DNA from: Bryobacterales bacterium
GTDB taxonomy: Bacteria; Acidobacteriota; Terriglobia; Bryobacterales; UBA6623
NCBI GenBank assembly: GCA_965226385.1
Contig: OZ245359.1
Span: 1,375,854-1,439,853 of the forward strand
Length of the DNA: 64,000 bases
Direction: 5' to 3'
Shown: positions 50,155 to 59,959 of the stretch, piece by piece
Position numbering within the stretch: the first letter of the stretch is position 1
Layout of the letters: the number at the start of each line of letters is the position of its first letter
Notes under the pieces: model-generated
Database searches by the model: none
Seen by the model: only the letters and a program-made list of their open reading frames with translations
What the model was told of the DNA's origin: nothing
Position numbers and translations under genes: made by a program

Positions 50155-50805
50155 TTGAAACACACTACTCTTGTAATCGTTTGCATTCTTGCACTAGGGC
50201 TGCTGTCCCTGCCTGTCCAGGCTCAGGACTCCAAATTGAGCTTCTTTATCACAAGCATGGGATCCGGGAACGGAGCGAATCTCGGAGGTCTGGAAGGTGC
50301 TGATGCAATCTGCCAGGACCTTGCAGCTAAAGCCGGAGCAGGTAGCAAAACTTGGCAAGCATATCTGAGTGCAGGTGCACACAACGGAATGGCTGCTATC
50401 AATGCGCGCGACCGAATTGGAACCGGGCCCTGGTTCAACGCCAATGATGTACAGGTTGCGATGAACGTGGACGACCTTCACTCTGACAACAACAAGCTGA
50501 GCAAGGAGAACTCCTTGACCGAAATGGGCAAGGTTGTAAATGGACGAGGAGACTCCCCAAATATGCATGACATCATTACAGGATCCATGATTGATGGCAA
50601 CGCATACACAGATGGCGAGGATCACACCTGCAGTAACTGGACAAGTGAAGGTTCTGAAGGTAGTGCCCAAGTCGGTCATCATGATCGTCAGGGAGGTGGT
50701 GCTGCACCAACTTCCTGGAATGCAGCCCATGGGTCACGTGGCTGCAGCCAGGCCAATCTCGAAGCAACGGGAGGCAAAGGCTTCTTCTACTGTTTCGCAA
50801 AATAG
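50155..50805 (+). CDS. Secreted protein with an endostatin/C-type-lectin-like fold (DUF1554-like)
   Basis: GGAGG RBS plus TTG start, signal peptide ending VQAQ, and motifs FFITS, NLGGLEGADAICQ, AYLS, RIGTGPW, TCSNWT, FYCFA. Four cysteines in the mature part. Confidence 0.75.
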   Translation: MKHTTLVIVCILALGLLSLPVQAQDSKLSFFITSMGSGNGANLGGLEGADAICQDLAAKAGAGSKTWQAYLSAGAHNGMAAINARDRIGTGPWFNANDVQVAMNVDDLHSDNNKLSKENSLTEMGKVVNGRGDSPNMHDIITGSMIDGNAYTDGEDHTCSNWTSEGSEGSAQVGHHDRQGGGAAPTSWNAAHGSRGCSQANLEATGGKGFFYCFAK

Positions 50806-50872
50806 TTTCTGATCAATCCTCAGGCAGTTATCCATAACCTGCTGACAGGTCTAACAACTGGCATTTGATCAG

Positions 50873-51520
50873 ATGGAAGATCTTGATACGTTGAAAGCCC
50901 GGGTATCCCCGGGTGATTCAATCCGGTTTGACTTCAAGGGGCAGAAACTTGAAGGCTCTGTCTCGACGCTCGGGCTCAAGCGTGTCGTGGTCATTGCATT
51001 GGATGGAAACCTCTACAGGGTTCCTTACTCACGCATTGAACCGAATGGAGAACGAAAGGACCATGCAGTCCGGGAGCAAGAGGCACTCGAGAATTGCCGC
51101 AAACTCCTCGCCAAGTATGGCTTGAGTGACTGGTCAGCCGGATTGGATGACTCCTTGAATCGAGCAGGAGTCTGCCATTTCAGTAAGAAACACATCTCAT
51201 TTTCGCGTCTTTTTCTGCGAACAGCTCCCGAGGAAGAAATATTCAATACGATCCTGCATGAGATCGCTCATGCGCTGGTTGGCCCCAAACACAATCATGA
51301 CTCTTGCTGGCGTACTATAGCCCGCCAGATTGGGTGTAGCGGGGTCCGCTGTCACGAGATCAAGTTCAGCCAGCCACGCTGGATCGTACATTGCCCGAAT
51401 GGGTGCTTTACATTGTCCAGGAACAGACGTATGCGTGGAGTTTGCAAAAAATGCAGACAACCTCCCAGATTCCTACCGTGGACAAAAGAACTGGCTCTGG
51501 AACTTAACCTGCACGAGTGA
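50873..51520 (+). CDS. SprT-like zinc metalloprotease with an N-terminal SH3/KOW-like domain
   Basis: RAGVCHF, TILHEIAHAL (HEXXH), HNHDSCW, C-terminal CPNGC...CKKC zinc ribbon. Confidence 0.88.
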   Translation: MEDLDTLKARVSPGDSIRFDFKGQKLEGSVSTLGLKRVVVIALDGNLYRVPYSRIEPNGERKDHAVREQEALENCRKLLAKYGLSDWSAGLDDSLNRAGVCHFSKKHISFSRLFLRTAPEEEIFNTILHEIAHALVGPKHNHDSCWRTIARQIGCSGVRCHEIKFSQPRWIVHCPNGCFTLSRNRRMRGVCKKCRQPPRFLPWTKELALELNLHE

Positions 51521-51558
51521 ACCATATTATTGAATACTCCATACGATAGAATCCTTAC

Positions 51559-53421
51559 GTGCGTTTAATCTCTCTGCTCTTCCCAATCCTGACAATCACA
51601 CTGTTTGCTCAGGAATGGCACCACTATGGCAACGATCCCGGTGGTATGCGCTACTCACCGCTGAGCCAGATCAACCGCGAAAACGTTGACCAACTAGTAG
51701 TTGCCTGGGAGTTTGATAGCGACGATTATTCTGATGGCCAAGGGAAATACCCCACCCGTTCTGCATTTGAAGCCACACCGCTGATGATTGCGGATGAGCT
51801 TTATGTACCAACACCACTGAATCGGTTGCTCGCACTTGAAGCCGCAACAGGCAAGCTGTTATGGGATTTTGACCCTGAGATAGACCGCACCCTCCGTTTC
51901 AACCTCTTTATCGATCGTGGTATCGGTTACTGGAAGCAAGGACAAACCGAGCGACTAATACTCGGTGACCAGACCGGTCGAATCTTTTCGATCGACAGGA
52001 AGTCGGGTCGGCTTGACCCTGACTTTGGAGACAACGGAGTTCTCCACACCACGCCACACGTCATGAATGACGATGTGAGTGGACATTACTCACTGACTTC
52101 ACCAATCTCTCAATGCGCCGGAACCTTGATTGTTGGAGGCAGGGTCTCGGACGGGCTTTCAAAAGGCCCCAGCGGCGATATCCGCGGTTATGACATTCAC
52201 ACGGGCGAGTTGCGCTGGCGATTCCACACTGTCCCTCGACCCGGTGAGTTTGGACACAACACATGGCAGGGAGATTCCTGGAAAAATCGTGGCGGTAGCA
52301 ACTTGTGGTCTGTGTCCAGTGTGGACGAGGAACTGGGCCTTGTCTACATTCCACTGGGGTCACCCTCCTATGATTATTACGGAGGGGACCGGCATGGGGC
52401 CAACCTGTTCGGCAACAGTCTGGTAGCACTGGACTGCTCAACAGGAAGTCGTCGCTGGCACTTCCAGAGCATTCACCATGACATCTGGGACTGGGACCTG
52501 CCCTCCCAGCCGTCCCTGGTCGAGGTGGTTCACAACGGCCAGCCAGTCAAGGCAGTTGCCCTGGCGACCAAGACCGGATTCCTCTTTTTATTTGACCGAG
52601 CCACTGGAGAACCTTTGTTTGAGATCGAAGAGCACCCTGTTCCTGTTGGCGATATTCCAGGCGAATACTACCATCCAACCCAACCGAAACCTGTCAAACC
52701 TCCTCCGTTCATCCGCCAGACCATGCAGGAGAAAGAGGTGACCACGGTTACACCGGAATCACGAGCAGAGTGCCTTGAGATGCTCAAGGGTGCATCTATC
52801 GAAGGTCCCCTGTTCCGACCACGGCTTCGCCAGAAAACAGTGTTTTTCCCTGGAACTAATGGTGGTTCGAACTGGGGTGGAGGAGCATTCGACCCCGATT
52901 CCGGAATTTTCTACATCAACACCATGGATGTGGGGACCCTGTCTGCGATGGTCCCACGCGGCGAAGACGCTGAACTCCCTTGGCGCAGTCGCGGAGTTCC
53001 ACAGGGTCGATTCTGGGACTCCAACTTGTATCCCTGCCAGGAACCTCCCTGGGGCCAGTTGACAGCGATTGACCTGAACAAAGGAACATTCCGCTGGCAG
53101 GTAGTGCTTGGTGAATACGAGGAACTTACCAAAAAGGGAGTTCCTCCAACCGGAGCCTCAAATCTCGGAGGGCCTATTGTGACTGGTGGAGGGCTGGTTT
53201 TCATCGCAGCCACCAACGACCGTCGATTACGTGCTTTTGACAAGGAAACGGGCACATTGCTTTGGGAATATCGACTACCCGCCAGTGCCCATTCTACTCC
53301 CATGACCTATATGACTGATGGACAGCAATTCCTGGTCATTGCTGTGGGTGGTGGCAACAAGTACAACCCCGACAACTTTATGGCAAAAGTCATGGCATTC
53401 CGGTTGCCTGCCGGTCAATAA
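51559..53421 (+). CDS. PQQ-dependent (quinoprotein glucose-type) dehydrogenase, exported
   Basis: EWHHYGND, RYSPLSQINRENV, FEATPL, HHDIWDWD, PPWGQL, GGPIVTGGGLVFI. Confidence 0.93.
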   Translation: MRLISLLFPILTITLFAQEWHHYGNDPGGMRYSPLSQINRENVDQLVVAWEFDSDDYSDGQGKYPTRSAFEATPLMIADELYVPTPLNRLLALEAATGKLLWDFDPEIDRTLRFNLFIDRGIGYWKQGQTERLILGDQTGRIFSIDRKSGRLDPDFGDNGVLHTTPHVMNDDVSGHYSLTSPISQCAGTLIVGGRVSDGLSKGPSGDIRGYDIHTGELRWRFHTVPRPGEFGHNTWQGDSWKNRGGSNLWSVSSVDEELGLVYIPLGSPSYDYYGGDRHGANLFGNSLVALDCSTGSRRWHFQSIHHDIWDWDLPSQPSLVEVVHNGQPVKAVALATKTGFLFLFDRATGEPLFEIEEHPVPVGDIPGEYYHPTQPKPVKPPPFIRQTMQEKEVTTVTPESRAECLEMLKGASIEGPLFRPRLRQKTVFFPGTNGGSNWGGGAFDPDSGIFYINTMDVGTLSAMVPRGEDAELPWRSRGVPQGRFWDSNLYPCQEPPWGQLTAIDLNKGTFRWQVVLGEYEELTKKGVPPTGASNLGGPIVTGGGLVFIAATNDRRLRAFDKETGTLLWEYRLPASAHSTPMTYMTDGQQFLVIAVGGGNKYNPDNFMAKVMAFRLPAGQ

Positions 53422-53438
53422 GAATCAGTCTGTTGCAA

Positions 53439-54779
53439 CTACACTGTGTTGGCTAACGGAGCTGCACCCCATCCTGGCCAAATACGCAGAATCCCGGCCA
53501 ATGCCCGGATACTGGTCCACAACACAATCGCACACCATACCTGAATGAGCGCACTTGGTGAGGTCACATCAGTCAAAAGAATTATTAGCGCACCAGGCAA
53601 CAACGCTACCAGCACCGCATTTCGCAAGTAGCGATAATCGCCGCTTCCCCAGTGAATTCCATCGGTTGCAAAGGTCAGCCCGTTCAAGGGTTGGCTGAAT
53701 GCTGCGATCCACCAGGGAATGACAAATAGAGCAGCTGCTTCAGACGGGATATAAATCTTCTGCATCCATGACTGCGACAACAGCATTCCTGCACCGAGCA
53801 AGGCTCCTGTTGCCAGTGACCAGATGCAAACCACCCAGGCCACGTGTCGTGCCCGGCTAATCTTGCCAGTTCCAATAAAAAACGCCACCAGGCTCTGTCC
53901 TGAAATGGCAAATGCATCAAGAAACAGAGCTGTGAAGATCCAGGCGCTTCGAATTACCTGGTGCACCGCCCCTGCCCCGGGACCAATCAGTGTTGCCTGA
54001 CGTGTCCCCAGCACCAGGAGTGCGTTCAGGAATGCAGCTCGAAGGAAGAGGTTACCTCCCGGAGCAAGTACCCTGCGTGCAAGTCCCCAGTCAAGTGCTT
54101 CCGGCAGTCCAAATCTTTTTACCACTGCTGCTACTGCCCAAAACGCTCCGATCCACTGGCTGATTGCACTGGCCAAGGCTGCTCCAGCAACTCCAAGTGC
54201 GGGGATCCCGGCAAACCCAAAAATCAACACCGCATCCAGCAGGATGTTCAACCCATTGATACCGGCTGCAATCAACAATGGTCTGCGCATATCCTGAGCC
54301 CCTCTCAAAGCGCCAAATGCCGCAAGTCCAATTAAGATTGCCGGGGCTCCAATCATGCGTAGTCGCACATAGACCACTGCCATGGTCAGCAAATCACCTT
54401 CCGCACCCATGACACGTACCGCTGCGGGAGCCAACAGGACACCCATCACACAGAGCACGAGTCCAATCAGCAAGCCAAGGGTCATCGCAAGCACACTCAG
54501 TCGCGCAGCCTCATCGGCTGCTTTACGAACTTGCTGGCTTTTCCCATAGAGCGTACCGATCTGGGTCTGTACAGCAATTCCCAGAAAACTGAAACCCCAG
54601 AACAGTGCTGACAGCAGCATCGTCCCAACCCCCAGCGCAGCCAATGCATCCGTTCCAAGTCGCGCTATGAATGCCGTATCCACCATCCCTGTCAATGGTT
54701 CAGCAACCAGCGAACCAAGTACTGGGAGACTTAAGCCCAGAAAGGTTCGATGTGGACTCCTGCTGAAGGATTCAGACAC
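53439..54779 (-). CDS. MATE-family efflux transporter (DinF-like)
   Basis: EPLTGMVDTAFIARLG, GALRGAQDMRRPL, NILLDAVLIFG, GVAGAALAS. Confidence 0.93.
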   Translation of the reverse strand: MSESFSRSPHRTFLGLSLPVLGSLVAEPLTGMVDTAFIARLGTDALAALGVGTMLLSALFWGFSFLGIAVQTQIGTLYGKSQQVRKAADEAARLSVLAMTLGLLIGLVLCVMGVLLAPAAVRVMGAEGDLLTMAVVYVRLRMIGAPAILIGLAAFGALRGAQDMRRPLLIAAGINGLNILLDAVLIFGFAGIPALGVAGAALASAISQWIGAFWAVAAVVKRFGLPEALDWGLARRVLAPGGNLFLRAAFLNALLVLGTRQATLIGPGAGAVHQVIRSAWIFTALFLDAFAISGQSLVAFFIGTGKISRARHVAWVVCIWSLATGALLGAGMLLSQSWMQKIYIPSEAAALFVIPWWIAAFSQPLNGLTFATDGIHWGSGDYRYLRNAVLVALLPGALIILLTDVTSPSALIQVWCAIVLWTSIRALAGILRIWPGWGAAPLANTV

Positions 54780-54834
54780 TTGAAGCCCATTGTCTCAGTG
54801 AAGATTTGAGGCTGCATGAAACAATAATCACTTC

Positions 54835-55467
54835 GTGCCAACGGTAATGTATTTGCATGGGTTTGCCTCCAGCTCAGGCTCTGCAAAGGGTCAATTCTTC
54901 CGCGAACGATTCAAGGGACTGGGCGTGGATTTAATATTGCCAGACCTGGACGAGGGAGACTTTGAAACCCTGACGATCAGCAGCCAATTGCAACTGGTTT
55001 CAAAACTCTGCAAGGATACAGACCCCAGACTCCTGATGGGGTCAAGCTTGGGAGGTTATCTGGCCGCTTTGCATGCAGCACGCCCTGACACAGATCCAGT
55101 GCCGCTGGTGTTGCTTGCTCCTGCTTTCGATTTTGTCCGGAGATGGAACATCCGACTAGGAAAGGGAATGGAGCGCTGGAAACAAAATGGCTCCGTGGAA
55201 CTTTACCATTACGGTCTAAAAGCCCCAGCAAACCTTGGCTACTGGTTTTATCAGGATGCGCTGCAATATGAGCCATTCCCGGAAGTCACGACTGCAGTCA
55301 AGATATTGCATGGCCTCAAGGATGAAGTAGTTGATCCGGAACTATCAAAGACCTACGCAAACAGACAACCAAATGTTGCAGTGGAGTGGTTTGATTCCGA
55401 TCATCAGTTGCTCAATGTTACTGCCGGGCTTTGGAAAAGTGTGAAGAAGTTTTATCATCAACAATGA
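54835..55467 (+). CDS. YqiA/YcfP-family alpha/beta hydrolase (esterase)
   Basis: YLHGFASSSGS, GSSLGG nucleophile elbow, LHGLKDEVV, DSDHQL. Confidence 0.9.
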   Translation: MPTVMYLHGFASSSGSAKGQFFRERFKGLGVDLILPDLDEGDFETLTISSQLQLVSKLCKDTDPRLLMGSSLGGYLAALHAARPDTDPVPLVLLAPAFDFVRRWNIRLGKGMERWKQNGSVELYHYGLKAPANLGYWFYQDALQYEPFPEVTTAVKILHGLKDEVVDPELSKTYANRQPNVAVEWFDSDHQLLNVTAGLWKSVKKFYHQQ

Positions 55468-55552
55468 ACTTTATTTGCCTAACTATGCGTATTAGGCAAG
55501 TGAAAGAAAGGGAACCAGTAACGGCTCATAGAAGCTGCGTCTGATCAAGTCC

Positions 55553-56107
55553 ATGGAACCGGCGTCACGCCTACTGCTGGATAACGCGATCACAGATCGC
55601 GAGGCATTTGCCATGATTGTCAAACATACCGAGTCTATGGTCTTCAGCCTGGCGTTCAGGTTCTTCAGAAACCGTTCCCAGGCAGAAGACATTGCGCAGG
55701 AATCCTATATCGAACTCTTCCGCAATCTTCACAAGCTTGAGTCGGACAAGCATCTTGAAAACTGGCTCCGGATGACCGTCACACGAAAATGCATCGACTT
55801 CATACGACGCAAGAAGAATCGCATGCTTCAGGATCTCGAATCCGTACCGGAACAGAGTTTTGATCCAATGATGCGTGATCCCTTTCTAGTTGAAACCTTG
55901 CAGGAAAACGTGGCAATGCTGCCCGAAAGGATGCGGATGGTCATTGTTTTGAGGTTTCAGGAGGATCTAAAGCTTTCCGAAATTGCAGAAACGATGAACG
56001 TCCCCGTAAATACTGCAAAAACATTACTAAGACGTGCCCTGATTCGACTCAAACCGAAGGTTGAGCACATCAAGACCGAGATTTGTTATGAACCAGCAGG
56101 AAGATAA
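55553..56107 (+). CDS. ECF RNA polymerase sigma factor
   Basis: AEDIAQESYIEL, WLRMTVTRKCID; region 4 LPERMRMVIVLRFQEDL...VNTAKTLLRRA. Confidence 0.92.
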   Translation: MEPASRLLLDNAITDREAFAMIVKHTESMVFSLAFRFFRNRSQAEDIAQESYIELFRNLHKLESDKHLENWLRMTVTRKCIDFIRRKKNRMLQDLESVPEQSFDPMMRDPFLVETLQENVAMLPERMRMVIVLRFQEDLKLSEIAETMNVPVNTAKTLLRRALIRLKPKVEHIKTEICYEPAGR

Positions 56108-56465
56108 TCACAAGTTTGAACGCGAACTGTCAAGGATCCTGACCCGTTACGAGTCGCCGGACAGTCTCAGTGAGCGCGTCATGGCCAAAGTTCGACGCGA
56201 ACCCATTCCTGTGCACTTGACCGGGGGAGCACCGGAGTTACCACCTGGTCACTGGTACACATTTGCGTCCTGGGGGTTGATTGCAGTGACAGCCTGTCTG
56301 CTTGTCATCTTCAGTCTGCCTCACAACACACAAAACTCTTTTCAGGCCCAAAGTGAAGGAGTTGTCGCAGAACGTCAACTGGCCGAGGTCCTTCAACTGA
56401 CTGGCCAGAACTGGAATCGTGCCCGGAATACTGCCTTTCAAGATTCAAGGACAGACGAAAAATGA
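56088..56465 (+). CDS. Putative anti-sigma factor (one transmembrane helix)
   Basis: PDSLSERVMAKV motif, TM helix WGLIAVTACLLVIFSL; overlaps the ECF stop. Start set at MNQQE. Confidence 0.65.
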   Translation: MNQQEDNHKFERELSRILTRYESPDSLSERVMAKVRREPIPVHLTGGAPELPPGHWYTFASWGLIAVTACLLVIFSLPHNTQNSFQAQSEGVVAERQLAEVLQLTGQNWNRARNTAFQDSRTDEK

Positions 56466-57064
56466 AACAAAGTAGATTCACTTGGAACAAGCTACTGGCT
56501 ATATTCATTCTGGCTTGTGTAATACAAGCTATTCCCGCAATGGCACAGCAGGAGAACGAGATTCAGAATGCAGACAGTCAGTTCTCTGAACTCGAGGAAA
56601 AGGCAGACCAGGTGATCAAGGTCAACCTGTGGGGCCGTTCACTGGACCAAGCCAAGAAACTGCTCAGTCGCAGAAAGAATATAACCAGTCCGGTCAAGGG
56701 TTTTATTAACGGACTCACAGCTGTCCAGAGGTGGACCTTCCGATTTCGGCATAACCAGGCAAAGAAGGAAGATGTGGAACCTGTTTACCAACAGCTTGCA
56801 AATGACGGCTGGGTACCCATGATCGAAACCGAGGACAGGCAGAAGCCGGAATCCCTGTCCGTTTACTCCTACTATGAAGACGAACAGGTTGAAGGCATGA
56901 CGGTTATTTCAAGTGAGCCTCATGAGGTCACTGTCCTGAAGATATTCGGCCCCGTGGATTTTGACTCTCTCTCGGCGATCGGTAGCGGGCTGGGCTTGCC
57001 ACCTATCATGCGGGTTGCGACAAGGGAGCTGCCAGAGAGCAGCACCCAACCGTCAGAGAAGTAA
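56462..57064 (+). CDS. DUF4252-like exported protein
   Basis: Signal peptide, ELEEKADQVIKVNL, GLTAV, EVTVLKIFGPVD; ECF-linked context. Confidence 0.6.
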   Translation: MKQSRFTWNKLLAIFILACVIQAIPAMAQQENEIQNADSQFSELEEKADQVIKVNLWGRSLDQAKKLLSRRKNITSPVKGFINGLTAVQRWTFRFRHNQAKKEDVEPVYQQLANDGWVPMIETEDRQKPESLSVYSYYEDEQVEGMTVISSEPHEVTVLKIFGPVDFDSLSAIGSGLGLPPIMRVATRELPESSTQPSEK

Positions 57065-57067
57065 TGC

Positions 57068-59824
57068 TCAATCGAGTACTTCACCCTCAGGGCTGAGTCT
57101 ACGCACCTCTCCAAAGCCAAGTTCCCTGACCCCTGCCTCGATCTCACCCAGATCACCAACGACGATCCAGACCATCTTGTCCGGGTGAACGATTGCACGG
57201 GCGGCTCGCTCCATGTCTTCAAGCCCCAAGGCGAGGACATTGCCAGCATAGGTTTCAACGTAGTCGCCGGGCAAATCGTATACAAGGATTTTCCGCAGGG
57301 TAGAAAGGACAGATGCTTTGGTCTCGTACTGTCCAGGTAGCCTCAAGGTTCGGTTCAACTGGGCTTTATCAAGTTCTTCAGCTTCCGGTGGTCTTGCAGA
57401 GAGTATGCCCCGCAACTCCTTGTCCATCTCGATCATTGATTCCTTGGTCTTGTCAGTCTGAACCGGGGCGTAGGCCATGAACAGCCTCGGGCCTCGGGCA
57501 TCCACCAGAGTTGAGCGGGCCCCATAACTCCAGTGCTTGTCCTCGCGCAGGTTCATGTTGATCCGCGATGTGAAGCTGCCTCCGAGGATCGCATTCATTG
57601 TTTCAATGGCAATCTCGTCAGGATTGTTGGTTGGTGGAGCCGACAATCCGGCAATAATGACCGATTGCTGGCTGCCCGGCTTGTCCACCAGATAGACCGT
57701 ACGCTGATCAGCCATTGGCGTCACAGAGATATTCACGGCAGGCATCTCCCCTTTGCCAGTCCAACTTTTCAACCGCTGTTCCAAGAGCGGTTTCAGATCC
57801 TCAAGTAGTGTATCCCCAACCACAACCAGGGTGGCATTGTCTGGCCTGTACCACTTCTGATGGAAGGCAACGATATCATCGCGTGTCAGTGATTCTGTAG
57901 ACGCAACAGAGCCACTCCCGGTCAGAGGAGCTGAATAAGCATGATCCGATCCAAACAACAGGCCAGGCATCAGCCGCAGTGCGACAGTGAATGGCTGTGA
58001 CATCTCCTGCTGGATCGCTGCGATCTGTGATCTCTTCAAGCGGTCAAGTTCATTCTGTGGGAATGCAGGGTTCAGAATGATCTCTGCAAAAAGGTCCAGG
58101 GATTCGGCAAGGTTTTCCGACAGTGCCGAGAGCCGGACAGAAGAAGTGTCAAGAGAAGCTGAACTGCTTACACGCGCTCCTATGCGTGTCGCCTCGTCAC
58201 TGATCTCAATGGCTGTCATGCTATCGGTGCCTTCATCCAGCATGGATGACGTCATCTTTGCAAGGCCTGGAATCCCTGCCTGATCCGCCGCAAAGCCACC
58301 ATGGATCAACAAGGACATTTCGACTGTTGGTACCGAACTCATCGCAGCATGCACTACACGTAACCCATTTGAAAGCACTACTTCCTGTGTGCCAGGAAAC
58401 TTCAACTCCGGAAAACTGTCCGAAGACGGAAGTCCTGAACGGTCAACTTTGTTCTCCGAGACTTTTCTTTGCGGTTCCGGATGGATCTCAAGGACGTAGA
58501 CACCATCTGAAAGGTACTCTTCTGCAACTGCTCGGATATCCTCCGTTGTTGCTTCTGAAGCCCACTGCAGCATCTTTTTGTAAAAGTTCGAATCACCTGC
58601 ATAGATCTCTGATCGAGCCAGAATGTCTGACTTGCCACCAAATCCTCCAATTCGTTCGAGGCCTCTTATGAATCCTGCCCTGTGATCCGTTTTGACCCTT
58701 GCAAGCTCATCCTCCGTCGGGCCTTCAAGCAAGAACCGCTCCAATTCTTCATCAAGTGCTTGTTCAACTGCACCCAGGTCACCTCCTGGCTGAGCAACAG
58801 CCTGCAGGACAACCTGTCCTGCGATCTCACCACGGGAAATCGAAGCCCTGGCCGAAGTAGCGATCTGATCTTCATACACCAGCCGTTTAAATAGTCGTGA
58901 ACTCTTGCCTAGAGCGAGAATATCGGTCGCCAAATCCAGCAACACGGATTCCCGGTTTGCATATTGAGGAACATTCCAGACTTTCATCACCATGGACTGC
59001 GGGACGCGATCCTCGACAGTCTGTCTTTGCTCACCACTACGGCGTGCAACCCAAGCTCGATGGCGGGCGACAGGGGGCCCGGAGGGGATATTCCCGAAAT
59101 AGTGATTGACCAACTCAAGGGCACGATCTGCAGTAATGTCACCCGCTATCGAGATGACAGCATTGGCAGCTCCGTAGTAAGTGCGAAACCACTCATGGAC
59201 ATCTTCAAGTGAAGCTGCATCCAGATCCTCCATTTCACCGATCACGGTCCAGGAATACGGATGCCCGTGCGGGTACGTATTCTTGGTGACCAGTTCGTAA
59301 GCCACAGCATAGGGCTGGTTCTCGCCTTGCCGCTTTTCGTTCTGTACGACGCCACGCTGTTCATCCAGCTTTGCCTGGTCGACTGCCCCCAGCATGTTGC
59401 CCATGCGGTCTGATTCCATCCAGAGAGCAAGGTCCAGGGCCGGTGTGGGAACATTCTGAAAATAATTGGTGCGGTCTTCATTAGTCGTGCCGTTGAGGTT
59501 AGTCGCACCGACACGTTCCAGCGCCTGGAAATAGTCATCATTAAAATTTTCTGACCCGTTGAACATCAGGTGCTCAAACAAGTGTGCAAAGCCCGTTTTC
59601 CCTGGCTTTTCATTTTTTGAACCGACGTGATACCAGACATTGACAGAAACAATTGGTGCCTTGTGGTCTTCGTGCACCAACAGTGTCAAGCCGTTATCGA
59701 GCACAAATTTCTTGTGTGGGATCTCGATATCTGCAGATAGCGGAATCATAGCCAGTAGCATGATGCAGATTAATGCCATCTCAGACAACGGAAAAGATTT
59801 TAGTAAGTGCATTTCAAGTACCAT
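57068..59824 (-). CDS. M16 (pitrilysin/insulinase) family zinc peptidase, single-chain
   Basis: WYHVGSKNE, GFAHLFEHLMF (HXXEH), NGTTNEDRTNY, NLREDKHWSYG. Confidence 0.95.
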   Translation of the reverse strand: MVLEMHLLKSFPLSEMALICIMLLAMIPLSADIEIPHKKFVLDNGLTLLVHEDHKAPIVSVNVWYHVGSKNEKPGKTGFAHLFEHLMFNGSENFNDDYFQALERVGATNLNGTTNEDRTNYFQNVPTPALDLALWMESDRMGNMLGAVDQAKLDEQRGVVQNEKRQGENQPYAVAYELVTKNTYPHGHPYSWTVIGEMEDLDAASLEDVHEWFRTYYGAANAVISIAGDITADRALELVNHYFGNIPSGPPVARHRAWVARRSGEQRQTVEDRVPQSMVMKVWNVPQYANRESVLLDLATDILALGKSSRLFKRLVYEDQIATSARASISRGEIAGQVVLQAVAQPGGDLGAVEQALDEELERFLLEGPTEDELARVKTDHRAGFIRGLERIGGFGGKSDILARSEIYAGDSNFYKKMLQWASEATTEDIRAVAEEYLSDGVYVLEIHPEPQRKVSENKVDRSGLPSSDSFPELKFPGTQEVVLSNGLRVVHAAMSSVPTVEMSLLIHGGFAADQAGIPGLAKMTSSMLDEGTDSMTAIEISDEATRIGARVSSSASLDTSSVRLSALSENLAESLDLFAEIILNPAFPQNELDRLKRSQIAAIQQEMSQPFTVALRLMPGLLFGSDHAYSAPLTGSGSVASTESLTRDDIVAFHQKWYRPDNATLVVVGDTLLEDLKPLLEQRLKSWTGKGEMPAVNISVTPMADQRTVYLVDKPGSQQSVIIAGLSAPPTNNPDEIAIETMNAILGGSFTSRINMNLREDKHWSYGARSTLVDARGPRLFMAYAPVQTDKTKESMIEMDKELRGILSARPPEAEELDKAQLNRTLRLPGQYETKASVLSTLRKILVYDLPGDYVETYAGNVLALGLEDMERAARAIVHPDKMVWIVVGDLGEIEAGVRELGFGEVRRLSPEGEVLD

Positions 59825-59959
59825 TTCAGGGGAATATATTCATGGGCTGCAGAAAACCCGAACAACTCAGGGAACAGCTGCAACAACCGGACCAACTGTG
59901 CAATGAAAAGCACTGCTAAAGCCCTGTTCTGAGTATCACATGTGCAGGTGTAATGGACA

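Noticed and set aside
52465-52590. Moderately high-GC3 stretch in the PQQ dehydrogenase
   Set aside because: About 34 of 41 codons end in G/C, including forced Trp codons. Much weaker than the dnaK patch and plausible by chance.
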